A stretch of 63,839 nucleotides of DNA, filler included, from Octopus bimaculoides (taxonomy: Eukaryota), in NCBI RefSeq assembly GCF_001194135.2. It is 6 parts of 5 records of this genome, joined end to end, with 100 filler letters (N's around TTAATTAATTAA, not from the genome) between each part and the next. Parts side by side here need not be neighbours in the genome. Positions count along the whole stretch, not along the records: positions 1 to 30,686 come from NC_068999.1; 5 more parts are not named here. The stretch is one strand, 5' to 3'. Under the pieces are notes generated by a model. That model ran no database searches. It had not been told where the DNA came from and saw only the letters and a list, made by a program, of their open reading frames with translations. The stretch's first letter is position 1. Each line of letters starts with the position of its first letter. Positions 1-11,930 of this stretch are shown here, in pieces. Position numbers and translations under genes: made by a program.

Positions 1-177
1 AGAACGATGGTTATCACCACAGCATCACCGCCATCATCATCATCATCATCGTCATCGTCATTGTCATCGTCGCCACCGCCAACGCCGCCACCATACTTTG
101 CACCGTGCCTCGTCATGCAAACACTGGCACAGTTAATGCTAGATAAACACGCAGACACACGCAGACACATACCAAGG

Positions 178-210
<33 letters not shown>

Positions 211-391
211 ATTGCTTTCTCTCCCTTTCTCTCTCTCTCCCCCTTCTCTCTCTTTCTCTCTCTATCTATCTCTCACACACACACACACCCACAACACATA
301 TATAAACAGATATATATGCATGTGTGTATGTGCGTACACATGCACATGTGTTTCTATATGGATACACATTTATGTACATATCTGTCTATCC

Positions 392-465
<74 letters not shown>

Positions 466-1106
466 ANNNNNNNNNNNNNNNNNNNNNNNNNNNNNNNNNN
501 NNNNNNNNNNNNNNNNNNNNNNNNNNNNNNNNNNNNNNNNNNNNNNNNNNNNNNNNNNNNNNNNNNNNNNNNNNNNNNNNNNNNNNNNNNNNNNNNNNNN
601 NNNNNNNNNNNNNNNNNNNNNNNNNNNNNNNNNNNNNNNNNNNNNNNNNNNNNNNNNNNNNNNNNNNNNNNNNNNNNNNNNNNNNNNNNNNNNNNNNNNN
701 NNNNNNNNNNNNNNNNNNNNNNNNNNNNNNNNNNNNNNNNNNNNNNNNNNNNNNNNNNNNNNNNNNNNNNNNNNNNNNNNNNNNNNNNNNNNNNNNNNNN
801 NNNNNNNNNNNNNNNNNNNNNNNNNNNNNNNNNNNNNNNNNNNNNNNNNNNNNNNNNNNNNNNNNNNNNNNNNNNNNNNNNNNNNNNNNNNNNNNNNNNN
901 NNNNNNNNNNNNNNNNNNNNNNNNNNNNNNNNNNNNNNNNNNNNNNNNNNNNNNNNNNNNNNNNNNNNNNNNNNNNNNNNNNNNNNNNCTAAATTCTTGT
1001 TTTGTTGCGATTTTCTAGATTTTACCGTTTTATATTATCAAAATAAGAATTTTCATTTGGTAATGAGTCACCATAGCTTCAGGTTTATAGATACGCACAC
1101 ACACTG

Positions 1107-1148
<42 letters not shown>

Positions 1149-1223
1149 ATGTACTTATGTACAATAGTTATATCCGTGTGTGGATTTGTTTGTTTATATA
1201 TACGAATATATATCACATATAAG

Positions 1224-1283
<60 letters not shown>

Positions 1284-1489
1284 CGTGCCTGTGAAAGACT
1301 GACATATATATATGCATTCATACGCATATGTGCACCCATACATTTACATATTTATACAGATCCTTTGTTTATTTTAAGTTACAAAAGCATAAATGTGTTC
1401 CATAAATCCTATATCCTCTATACAACCTTGTGCTTCAAATACATAGAATCTGATATGTTTATTTATGTAGGGCGATAAACAGGGAATAC

Positions 1490-2828
1490 ATTCCTGGACC
1501 GTGGGTTCCTTCGCTTGAACCAACACGCCAACAGGTTAGAAAGAAAACGAATGACATTACTCGTAACGGTGTAAATATTTGAAGACCAAAAACCATCGAC
1601 CGAATCCTCCAAGAGAATTTCGATACCTTTTTAGGCATGTTTCGGCAGGTTGAAATTAGCTCATTTCTTTTATTGAATAGGCTCATCTTTTATATAGAAT
1701 TTCTCAGACAGACACAGGCCACATCACTTCTGCGCTTTCTTAAATGTCCGTGTCTCACGTAATACTGTTAATGTGTTAGTTGCAGTATTTCCTTTGCTCT
1801 TAAGTTTTCAAATGAATTTTGAATACTGTCGTGTTTTCCAGATGCGATGACGAAACGATTTATTTTCCTGGTGCAAGCAACATTTGAAAGAGTGCTGCGT
1901 AAGCTAATATTGCTCGCAGGTGTGTTGTTATTGGAGGTAGAAGCACAGTATACAACTATTTTCTCTTGGCGTTTTCTCTTTCAGCAGGAAAGTTCTGTTT
2001 CGGCCCTGCATGCCAGCTTCATTCGCTCCACTGTTGTTTGCCACACTTAGTTTTTTGGATCTAATGGCACAACACATGCATTTCGTGAAGTTGTACTTCA
2101 CTGCTTTTGTTTGATAAATGGTATTTTGTCTGTAGTTATTTTTTATTTATTATAATAACTGGTGTCTTAAGACTTCGCACGTAATTCTTATCTTAAAGAT
2201 TGCGATAGATGGCTCTGCGTGGCAGACTATCGCGTTTTTCAGTTTTTACTTTTCCAAGTCTTTATATCTCTCAGTCACAAAACTTGTTAAGACTAAGCTT
2301 CACCAAGGAAACCTAATAAGGCAAAAACAAATCAATATTTGCTATTACTCTCACCAAAGAAGACAACTATCATCTCTTGAGTTTTAATTGGTTTAAGTAA
2401 AGGAGTTGTCTTTCCTGTCTTTCTTTACCAGAATGAATCATCCAGCTAATTATATTCTCCTCCTTACACTTGCAATTATAATTGATTCATTAAAATAACT
2501 TAGGCTCATCACAATAAACACGTTTCACTCTATTTGATTAAAGGCTGTTACAGGTCAGGAGATTACATAGAAAATTCTTTATCGACTTGGTGTTAAATAC
2601 TCTAAGTCTGATCCTGAAATACTTGTTAATTACAAATGAATGCAGCAGCAGTTATAAAAAAAATCACATTTAATTAAAAATGAAAAGAAGAGGAATTTGT
2701 GATTATTGTTGCCATTTGTTTGCTAATAAACCAACATATGTTTGCCGTTTGGATTTTGAATTCTTTTCAAAAACAACCTATATCTTTTGTCATGCAGTCT
2801 TCTGCGATTCAATTACAAAATTTTAGAG
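1490..2828 (+). mobile_element. Highly degraded piggyBac-like transposase fossil (many stops and frameshifts)
   Basis: Manual translation gives piggyBac-like segments in the expected order on +: ISSFLLL..RQTQA, VFQM/TKRFIFL (cf. MSRNRF), LYFTAF (cf. DNYFTS), KPNK..LLLLS, ITINTF..KAVTGQEIT/RKFFIDLV, and a C-terminal Cys-rich KRRGICDYC..PTYVC..FCHAVFC (2678-2825). No convincing TIR or TTAA ends. Confidence 0.55.
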
Positions 2829-3564
2829 TTTTGAAGCACGTGAATCTGAAAGGGGAGGGGGTACTGAGTGGAGTTTTTAGTTCATTATTTACAGCCTGGT
2901 TTGTTTGGTTAACCAAACACCAGCAGCAGACAGCACTTGGTACTACGAAAACAGCACCTTTGTGTGAAACCCTATATAAAAACGTCCTTCTGTTGTGCCA
3001 GATGCCACCCTTAAGCAGCACACAGGAGAGGAAATTATGTCAATAACTGAATAACTAGCCTTGAGAAGTTACATATGGTAATTGAGATGAAGATAGAGCT
3101 GATGGAGACGTCAGTGTGTCAGTGTGTGTGTGCGCAAACAGCTGCAAACTGGTGGGTGATCNNNNNNNNNNCGGTATAGCCCCCGTACAGCTCCCGATGC
3201 AGCAGCAATGGTCTGCTTTTAATACAACCCTCGGCACAAGGACTCCGTTAATTGGTTGGTTGATGTGCTTGATATCACAAGTGAAAAAAAAGACAATAAT
3301 AAAATGATTGTCTAAAGATACATATGCGTTTCTAAGGCGAGTGTGATAAGGGAGTGTCTGTCTAATTCGATGCGAAACAATTCTCGCAAGGGACTTTGCT
3401 TTCCGTTATCTTTTTTTGCCGATGTAGACAGCCTTTACCCACACATGCACACGTACTTGCATGAATACCGATAGACATAATTAGTTTTTGACAGTGGCCC
3501 ACAGAGTGGTTAGAAGCGTGTAAATATTGGGTTAAAAACCTCTTTGGATATGCTTATATATGTG

Positions 3565-3815
3565 TGTGTGAGTAGACCGAAGCAATGTGAACTTAAGTAC
3601 CTTCCCTAAGGATACAACGAACTGCCCGGTTCAGAGATCGAACACACGATCTTATGACCGGGAGCTCAACATCTTAATCACAAACCACGCACCTACCCAT
3701 ACACACGCAGACACACAGAGAGGCTTCCATACAGTTTCCGTTTAACTAATTCCACTCACATGGAATTAGTTAATCTGAATCTCTTGTAGAAGACAGTAAA
3801 AGTGCCACACAGTCT
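3565..3815 (-). mobile_element. Two decayed tRNA-derived SINE remnants
   Basis: Reverse-strand box-B-like gagatcgaacacacgatc, followed by a degenerate copy of the CORE-type SINE body (cagtttccg..tccactcaca..gtagaagaca..gtgccacacagt). Confidence 0.5.
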
Positions 3816-4189
3816 TGACTGATTAACAAATGGATTGTTTAACTTTTTTTTTATTGTGATTAAAGAACCAGATTGGAATTAAACTGATTTTATTCGCAGA
3901 CATTCACTGGAATTAATAAATCTTCGATATATAGCCCAATATTTAGGAATTCTATAACATGTTCTTCAACTTAACGAAATCGTAATTTAACGCAGCGGAA
4001 CTATTCGCCACTTTTATGAAATGGTAAATATTAGAACTGTCAATTTCTTTACAGAATTAAGAGATAAATATTTACAGGAGTTAAGGGATACGAGATTGGA
4101 CGAAGTCGGTGATGCCCCTTCCAGGAAATAAATGAAATGAATTGCTTATACCTTTGAACTTATTGATTGATGTGCTAGAAATAGTAACA

Positions 4190-4880
4190 CGCCGTCTTAA
4201 AATAGAGAAATTTGGAAAATGGTTGCCGAAATCACTCAGAGACTGAATGTATTCGACCAATGGTGTCTACGAAGAAAGTTCGAGATCGCCTACAGCAGTG
4301 GTTCTTAACCGGGGTCCATATGGCCCTTGGAGGTCCAGATAAGATTCTGTTAAAGTTTATGTGCCATAAATCGCTTATACTTCTAGAATACACGAAATAT
4401 TTCAACAATTTTTAAATACAATTCCTTATAATATTTAATTATAAAAATATAATGGGAATTTTTTAAAACATCAAATAACTATGAAGGTCCACCAGAGAAA
4501 AATAGGAATCAAAGGGGTCCATAGGTATAAAATGGATGAGAACCAGTAATTTACAGGAACGGAGTCACAAAATCCCAAGTCCCGAGAAGAGCCAATCAGT
4601 GCAGCCGACATTGTGGCAGAAAGAAATGTGAGACTTGTACGTTCTGTTTTCCGGTTCCCAGAAGGACGAGTATTAAAGACACGGTCCTTCTGGTGGTACC
4701 CGGTACAATAGGTACCACCAGAAGGACGAAGGAAGAGAGGGAGACCCAGGAAAACATGACACGCCACTTTTGTAGAAGATCTGAAACAACTCAAAAGATG
4801 CAGACGACACTTAAAAACATTAGAACGATTGGAAACGTCTGGTTGCCTCATGTCCCGGCCAAACTACGCGGAAAGAAATT
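4190..4880 (+). mobile_element. RTE-clade LINE 3' ORF remnant interrupted by a MITE
   Basis: Translates WKMVAEITQRLNVFDQWCLRRKFEIAY, then after the MITE ..GRRKRGRPRKT*; these match RTE C-terminal motifs also present in the 38.3-39.6 kb copy (GRGRPRKTW). Confidence 0.65.
4296..4548. mobile_element. hAT-like MITE (~253 bp)
   Basis: TIR-like ends cagtggttcttaacc ... ggatgagaaccagta; flanking 8-mers gcctacag / atttacag share 5 bases, consistent with a decayed 8-bp TSD; AT-rich non-coding interior. Confidence 0.7.
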
Positions 4881-4920
4881 TAACTAAAACTTAACGGCTT
4901 ACATTTAATAAATTAGTTCT

Positions 4921-5008
4921 CGTATCTGAATAAAAGACAGATGGTCACGGCTGGAATGTCTTTGTGTCTAGATCTGCTCGACCAGAGTTTACCTTGGGCT
5001 AAACGACA
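4921..5008 (+). mobile_element. 3' part of a dispersed CAA-tailed SINE-like repeat
   Basis: gatggtcacggctggaatgtctttg..atctgctcgacc..ccttgggctaaacgacaac; related pieces at ~15452-15625(+), ~19003-19175(-), ~32770-32840(-), ~35000-35230(+). Confidence 0.5.
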
Positions 5009-5455
5009 ACGGCTATTGTGAACATTAACTTAATATATGAGGTGTAAAACCAGAACTCTCTAAACCAACTCACTGCAACGTTTATTAGGTTAATTGATAC
5101 AACTTTCAACCTGTCGAAAAATGTCCTACTCGACTTTTCAACCAATCATAACACGGTCTTATATTATTAAAGGATGTGTTATAAAAATATAAACGGTATT
5201 TAACTGGTATTTAACTGCTACTTTGTTTTATCGGCACCGGAAATAATAAAATGTAATACTGGCCCCGAGTGGAAATTGAACAGAGAAAATAAAGATGAAA
5301 TATTGTATTGTGAGAACTAGAAATAAGTCTGATTGGTTCGTTGAGAAGAAGCTGTTCTGTGAAAGAGGATTCTTTACTTCCGGTATATTTGGTCTCTTCA
5401 CATCAAAATAAATTAATTTTTAGAGCCATTGTGGGGGCACTCGGATATTTCAGGC

Positions 5456-5570
5456 AATAGACAGACAGATAGGCAAGCGGGCAGGCAGGCAGGCAGACAG
5501 ACAGACAGACATAGACCGACAGATATAGACAGACAGACAGAGTGATAGATAGATAGATAGACAGACAGAC

Positions 5571-5601
<31 letters not shown>

Positions 5602-5663
5602 GAGATAGATAGATAGATAGATAGACAGACATACACAGACAGACAGATGGACCGACGGACAGG

Positions 5664-5701
<38 letters not shown>

Positions 5702-5750
5702 CAAACACACACACGCAGATAGATTGACAGACGGACGAACAGACAGACAA
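5456..5750. repeat. Compound (AGAT)n/(AGAC)n tetranucleotide microsatellite
   Basis: Direct inspection. Confidence 0.95.
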
Positions 5751-6143
5751 ACGGAATCATATAATATAATATATTTTGAACGTAACTGACGAAAGTTTTA
5801 TGAGAGTTAAGTTATTGGTAAAGGGTTGCGGGGGTCGGTGTGTCTAGTCATAAATTAAAAGAAGCCGTTACGTGAAAAATGATTTAAGAAATGTAGGGTT
5901 TGCAGAGGAGGGGGTAGATGGTATCCCCAAAGAGGGGTGAGGGTTGTATAGAATCCCTAAAGTGGGTGGGAACACAATTAGTTAGTCTTTTTCTTTAAAG
6001 GATGGTCTCTAAAATAGGGATCAAATATACAATGGCCATATGTATGAATGTGTATTGTGAGTATGGGACTGTGTATCTATATATATGTGTGTAGATATGT
6101 ACGCGTATATATATATATGCATATTCATATACATGCGAATACG

Positions 6144-6225
6144 TATACTGTAATCCGTCGACTATCACGGGTGTTACGTTCCAAAACCTCCCGCGATAGA
6201 TGAAAATCCGCGAAGTAGAAACAGT
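6144..6225. mobile_element. Tc1/mariner (Tigger-like) MITE terminal fragment
   Basis: TA followed by ctgtaatccgtcgactatcacgggtgttacgttccaaaacctcccgcgata resembles Tigger-type termini; the other end was not seen. Confidence 0.45.
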
Positions 6226-6272
6226 ACTGTATTGTATATATATATATTTTTTATTTTTATAATTTGTATATA

Positions 6273-6435
6273 GGCGTAGGAGTGGCTGTGTGGTAAGTAG
6301 CCTGCTTACGAATCACATGGTTCCGGGTTCAGTCCCACTGCGTGGCACCTTGGGCAGGTGTCTTCTACTATAGCTTCGGGCCGACCAAAGCCCTGTGAGT
6401 GGATTTGGTAGACGGAAACTGAAAGAAGCCCGTCG

Positions 6436-6436
<1 letters not shown>
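6273..6436 (+). mobile_element. tRNA-derived CORE-type SINE (5' half), running into (TA)n and a gap
   Basis: Box A-like gtggctgtgtggt, box B-like ggttcagtccc, CORE-like gtggcaccttgggcaggtg; near-identical heads at 9007, 32361, 37031, 48722. Confidence 0.85.
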
Positions 6437-6482
<46 letters not shown>

Positions 6483-7831
6483 NNNNNNNNNNNNNNNNNN
6501 NNNNNNNNNNNNNNNNNNNNNNNNNNNNNNNNNNNNNNNNNNNNNNNNNNNNNNNNNNNNNNNNNNNNNNNNNNNNNNNNNNNNNNNNNNNNNNNNNNNN
6601 NNNNNNNNNNNNNNNNNNNNNNNNNNNNNNNNNNNNNNNNNNNNNNNNNNNNNNNNNNNNNNNNNNNNNNNNNNNNNNNNNNNNNNNNNNNNNNNNNNNN
6701 NNNNNNNNNNNNNNNNNNNNNNNNNNNNNNNNNNNNNNNNNNNNNNNNNNNNNNNNNNNNNNNNNNNNNNNNNNNNNNNNNNNNNNNNNNNNNNNNNNNN
6801 NNNNNNNNNNNNNNNNNNNNNNNNNNNNNNNNNNNNNNNNNNNNNNNNNNNNNNNNNNNNNNNNNNNNNNNNNNNNNNNNNNNNNNNNNNNNNNNNNNNN
6901 NNNNNNNNNNNNNNNNNNNNNNNNNNNNNNNNNNNNNNNNNNNNNNNNNNNNNNNNNNNNNNNNNNNNNNNNNNNNNNNNNNNNNNNNNNNNNNNNNNNN
7001 NNNNNNNNNNNNNNNNNNNNNNNNNNNNNNNNNNNNNNNNNNNNNNNNNNNNNNNNNNNNNNNNNNNNNNNNNNNNNNNNNNNNNNNNNNNNNNNNNNNN
7101 NNNNNNNNNNNNNNNNNNNNNNNNNNNNNNNNNNNNNNNNNNNNNNNNNNNNNNNNNNNNNNNNNNNNNNNNNNNNNNNNNNNNNNNNNNNNNNNNNNNN
7201 NNNNNNNNNNNNNNNNNNNNNNNNNNNNNNNNNNNNNNNNNNNNNNNNNNNNNGGGGGGGGGGGCGAGAATCATCAGATTTCTGACAAGTCCTTGAACGG
7301 TGCCTCTTTTTGATTTATTCCTATCGAAGAAACGGTGAGAATTCTCTGATAAATGATTCGACCTCTTCAAAGAGTGAGTCTTTTATACTCCACGTCCTTT
7401 AATATACTCCTCACACTCTACATATACTCTTTATTAGCCGTGAGCTGGTTGCTTTTGTTGTTGTTGTTATTGTTGTCACTGTCATTGTTGTTGTTGTTGT
7501 TGTCCTTCTTCTTCTTCTTCTTCTTCTTCTTGCTACTGCTGCTGCCGATGTTGATGATGATGATGATGGTGTCGGAGGCGGTGCTGTTAATGCGATCTCT
7601 GAAATATGGTGAACTGTGCTGCGTTTCGTTTGAAGACCAAAACCTCCCAAAAAGATTCCATCCCTGATAAATTGGTTCCAAAGTGGATTAAACTATAAAA
7701 ATCAGTCTCCGTTTAGAGAAACAAAAACAAAAAAAAATCCCTACAAAATGACCCCCCCCCCAAAAAAAAACAACAAAAAACGAGAATGATCTAGAAATGA
7801 ATATGGCACCAGTTTGATGCTATTTATAATG

Positions 7832-7865
<34 letters not shown>

Positions 7866-7903
7866 TAATAATAATAATAATAAGGATAATAATAATAATA
7901 ATA

Positions 7904-8003
7904 AGTGAATTCCAATTGCAACAAATTCAAGAATTAGACGAACTAGAAACACCTACAGAAAAAGCTAAGCGCTTGAAAACCCGTGCTAAAATTGCTGCCT
8001 TAG
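7904..8003 (+). mobile_element. Probable 5'-truncated R4/Dong-like LINE fragment directly after (ATA)n
   Basis: In-frame SEFQLQQIQELDELETPTEKAKRLKTRAKIAAL starts at the end of an (ATA)n tract and runs into a gap. Family assignment is from recalled similarity to the segment upstream of the ..ASGLKSETEG.. motif and is not verified. Confidence 0.5.
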
Positions 8004-8844
8004 NNNNNNNNNNNNNNNNNNNNNNNNNNNNNNNNNNNNNNNNNNNNNNNNNNNNNNNNNNNNNNNNNNNNNNNNNNNNNNNNNNNNNNNNNNNNNNNNN
8101 NNNNNNNNNNNNNNNNNNNNNNNNNNNNNNNNNNNNNNNNNNNNNNNNNNNNNNNNNNNNNNNNNNNNNNNNNNNNNNNNNNNNNNNNNNNNNNNNNNNN
8201 NNNNNNNNNNNNNNNNNNNNNNNNNNNNNNNNNNNNNNNNNNNNNNNNNNNNNNNNNNNNNNNNNNNNNNNNNNNNNNNNNNNNNNNNNNNNNNNNNNNN
8301 NNNNNNNNNNNNNNNNNNNNNNNNNNNNNNNNNNNNNNNNNNNNNNNNNNNNNNNNNNNNNNNNNNNNNNNNNNNNNNNNNNNNNNNNNNNNNNNNNNNN
8401 NNNNNNNNNNNNNNNNNNNNNNNNNNNNNNNNNNNNNNNNNNNNNNNNNNNNNNNNNNNNNNNNNNNNNNNNNNNNNNNNNNNNNNNNNNNNNNNNNNNN
8501 NNNNNNNNNNNNNNNNNNNNNNNNNNNNNNNNNNNNNNNNNNNNNNNNNNNNNNNNNNNNNNNNNNNNNNNNNNNNNNNNNNNNNNNNNNNNNNNNNNNN
8601 NNNNNNNNNNNNNNNNNNNNNNNNNNNNNNNNNNNNNNNNNNNNNNNNNNNNNNNNNNNNNNNNNNNNNNNNNNNNNNNNNNNNNNNNNNNNNNNNNNNN
8701 NNNNNNNNNNNNNNNNNNNNNNNNNNNNNNNNNNNNNNNNNNNNNNNNNNNNNNNNNNNNNNNNNNNNNNNNNNNNNNNNNNNNNNNNNNNNNNNNNNNN
8801 NNNNNNNNNNNNNNNNNNNNNNNNNNNNNNNNNNNNNNNNAGCC

Positions 8845-8928
<84 letters not shown>

Positions 8929-9006
8929 TATATATATAGCGTTTCCAGTAGAAAGAATTACTAATATTTCAACAACTAATTGCAGCAGCAACAGTAGCAG
9001 TAGTAG

Positions 9007-9176
9007 TGCGAAGTAGCCGTGTGGTAAGTAGCTTGCTTACCAACTACATGGTTCCGGGTACAGTCCCACTGCGTGGCACCTTGAGCAAGTGTTTTCTACA
9101 GTGTTTTCTGCATCGGACTGACCAAAGCCTTGTGAATGGATTTGGTAGACCGAAACTGGAAGAAGCCCGATATATA

Positions 9177-9221
<45 letters not shown>

Positions 9222-9420
9222 TTGTCCACCATCACCATCGCTTGACATCCGATGCTGGTGTGTTTACGTCCCCGTAACATAGCGGTTCGGTAAAAGAACC
9301 CGATAGTATAAGTACTAGGCTTACAAAGAATGAATCCTGGGATCGATTTGTTCGACAAGAGGCGGTGCTCCAGCATGGCCGCAGTCAAATGACTGAAACA
9401 AATAAAGGAGTAAAAGACCA
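9007..9420 (+). mobile_element. Near full-length CORE-type SINE with internal (TG)n
   Basis: Head as at 6273, internal (TG)n at ~9180-9218, tail ..ataagtactaggct..ggcggtgctccagcatggccgcagtc..gaaac shared with 48722-49112. Confidence 0.85.
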
Positions 9421-9468
9421 ATAGCAGCTGCACCAACAGTGGTAGTGGTAGTAGTGGTAGTAGTAGTG

Positions 9469-9511
<43 letters not shown>

Positions 9512-9717
9512 CCGTAGCCTGTGCGTTTCTCCCTGTTTATGGCCACTTGACTCAATTGAACGACAACCAATTCACACAGAATGGTTGCTGCCAGCATGAC
9601 GCTCATAATCTCCCAAACTTAATGATTCTTCCAGATGTAAAAGACTTCTTCCACACATCTTCTGCCTCTACCCGCCGAAATATACCGGAAATGACAAACG
9701 TCACCTATCTACCTACG

Positions 9718-9754
<37 letters not shown>

Positions 9755-9989
9755 NNNNNNNNNNTCTATCTATCTATCTATCTATCTATCTGTCTGTCTG
9801 TCTATCTATCTATTAACCTGTCTGTCTGTCTGTTTATCTATCAATCTATCTATTTATCTATCTATCTATCGATCTATCTATCTATCTATCTGTCTGTCTG
9901 TCTGTCTATCTGCATACATACATACATCTATATGTGTGTGTGTGTGCGTGTGTGTGCGCGCGTGCGTTGTGTATGTATATATGTACAGT

Positions 9990-10033
<44 letters not shown>

Positions 10034-10454
10034 GAGAGAGAGAGAGAGAGAGAAAGAGGCGAAGAGATACGTATGTATATACGCGAATTGGCGTGTGTAT
10101 ATGCGTGTGTGTTTGTGCACGTGTGTGTGTATGTGAGTGTGAGTACGAAGCACAGTTAAGTGTGACAAACGAAGCTTCACAGACAAAACGACAGGAGGCT
10201 GTTTGCTCATCTGTATTCCACCGTTACGGCAGTGCCATTCTGCCAAACTTTGGTAAATAGGAAATGTTCTGGTTTTGATATTGTCTAGTTTTGTTTCCAA
10301 TCTGCTTTCTAAAACGCTTAGAACTTGGTAGCGTTCTATGGTGCCAGCCCCATGGAAATTCTCGGTTTCTTAAGTATTTTAAACCCTTTCGGTTTCGTGT
10401 TGTTAACCAATACATTTTGGGGGTTATAACTACTTAAAGGGGGATATTATATAG

Positions 10455-10585
10455 ACGCAAGTGTGGCTATGTGGTAAGTAGCTTGTATTACGTTCTGAGT
10501 TCAAATTCCGCCGAGGTCGACTTTGCCTTTCGTCCTTTCGAAGGTCGATAAATTAAGTACCAGTATCGTACTGGGGTTTGTCTGT
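10455..10585 (+). mobile_element. Chimeric SINE: CORE-type box A segment joined to the second family's box B and body
   Basis: gtggctatgtggtaagtagcttg (CORE-type head) is followed directly by ttacgttctgagttcaaattccgccgaggtcgactttgcctttc (second family). Confidence 0.7.
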
Positions 10586-10984
10586 GTGCTCTCGTCGCCT
10601 TTCACGATCTCCTCGATGACGTCATCGCTACACCAGTTCTGCTTCGGGTCTCTGTGTGTGCGTTCGTGTATTTTGTGTGTGTGTATGTGTGTGTGCGTGT
10701 GTGATTAAACCCGAAATCTCGTAGTTGCGATAAGAACTTATGAACCACCACCGAGTGTTCAAAATAAAAACAAAACAACCCGTCGTGCAGATATAAAAAT
10801 AACTTTATAAGAATTACGTAACAACAGAAACCATATGTGTGTATATACATACGTATATGTGTGTGCATATATATATATANNNNNNNNNNNNNNNNNNNNN
10901 NNNNNNNNNNNNNNNNNNNNNNNNNNNNNNNNNNNNNNNNNNNNNNNNNNNNNNNNNNNNNNNNNNNNNNNNNNNNNNNNNNNN

Positions 10985-11023
<39 letters not shown>

Positions 11024-11420
11024 ACACGAAAGAAGGTATTTCTAAAATAACATTCTTGTTACAACGCCTACTGAGGACATAATTCCAGCCTAATTGGGTC
11101 TCGTTAGTCTCCCTCAGTCAAACTGTTCGCATCCTCCTACTTCGCTTTGCTGGACATGCAAGTTCTATATTTTAACATCACAATGAATCCATAATGCTTA
11201 ATTCATAAAGAATGAATTAATTTAGGTTCTTAGTGCTATTTCACATGATTGCCACCAGATGGAGCTACATGTAGCAACTTCTGATATTTTTTCAAGACTA
11301 CACGCTACAATGGTTTTTGTTTCAAAGGATTTCGTGTGATTTGCTACTTTAAAATTTTCAGTTTTCAGAGTTGAGGGATCCTCTATGATCGTTTATCACC
11401 TCATTAATCAGAACCGATCT

Positions 11421-11630
11421 CGATGCAATCATCATCATCATCATCATCATCATCTTGTTGTTGTTGTTGTTGTTGTTGTTCTTCTTCTTCTTCTTCTTCT
11501 TCTTCTTCTTCTTCTTCTTCTTCTTCTTCTTCTTCTTCTTCTTCTTCTTCTTCTTCTTCTTCTTCTTCTTCATCATCATCATCATCATCATCATCACCAT
11601 CATAATCACCGCCGCCGCCGCCACCACCAC
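11421..11630. repeat. Compound trinucleotide repeat (CAT)n(GTT)n(CTT)~30(CAT)n(CGC/CAC)n
   Basis: Direct inspection. Confidence 0.95.
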
Positions 11631-11930
11631 CTTTTTCATTATAAGAGGATCAAAAGCAACTTCTTTGATCCATTTCAGAGCATTTTAGGCAACGCATGAA
11701 CCTCACATAATCCCATGTTTGCTCTGTTAATTAATGCTAAAATCTTACGTCTGCATATAGCGAATTAATTTAACTCACAATATTCTATATGTTTTTATTA
11801 AGTTCCCAAATTCTTGAAAAGTAAAGTGTACCAGACTAGGAATTGAACCCTCAACGAACCGGATAAATGCGAAACACTTCGAAATGTGTATTTTAGCATT
11901 CTATTACCTGAGCCATGTTTGAAGACTTAC

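Noticed and set aside
1459-1686. Minus-strand ORF with GLQIF..FFLTCWRV resembling a piggyBac motif
   Set aside because: The + strand gives a longer colinear piggyBac-like series, so the minus match is probably coincidental.
6273-6350. tRNA genes
   Set aside because: Box A/B segments continue into SINE bodies and I could not form a full cloverleaf; these are SINE heads.
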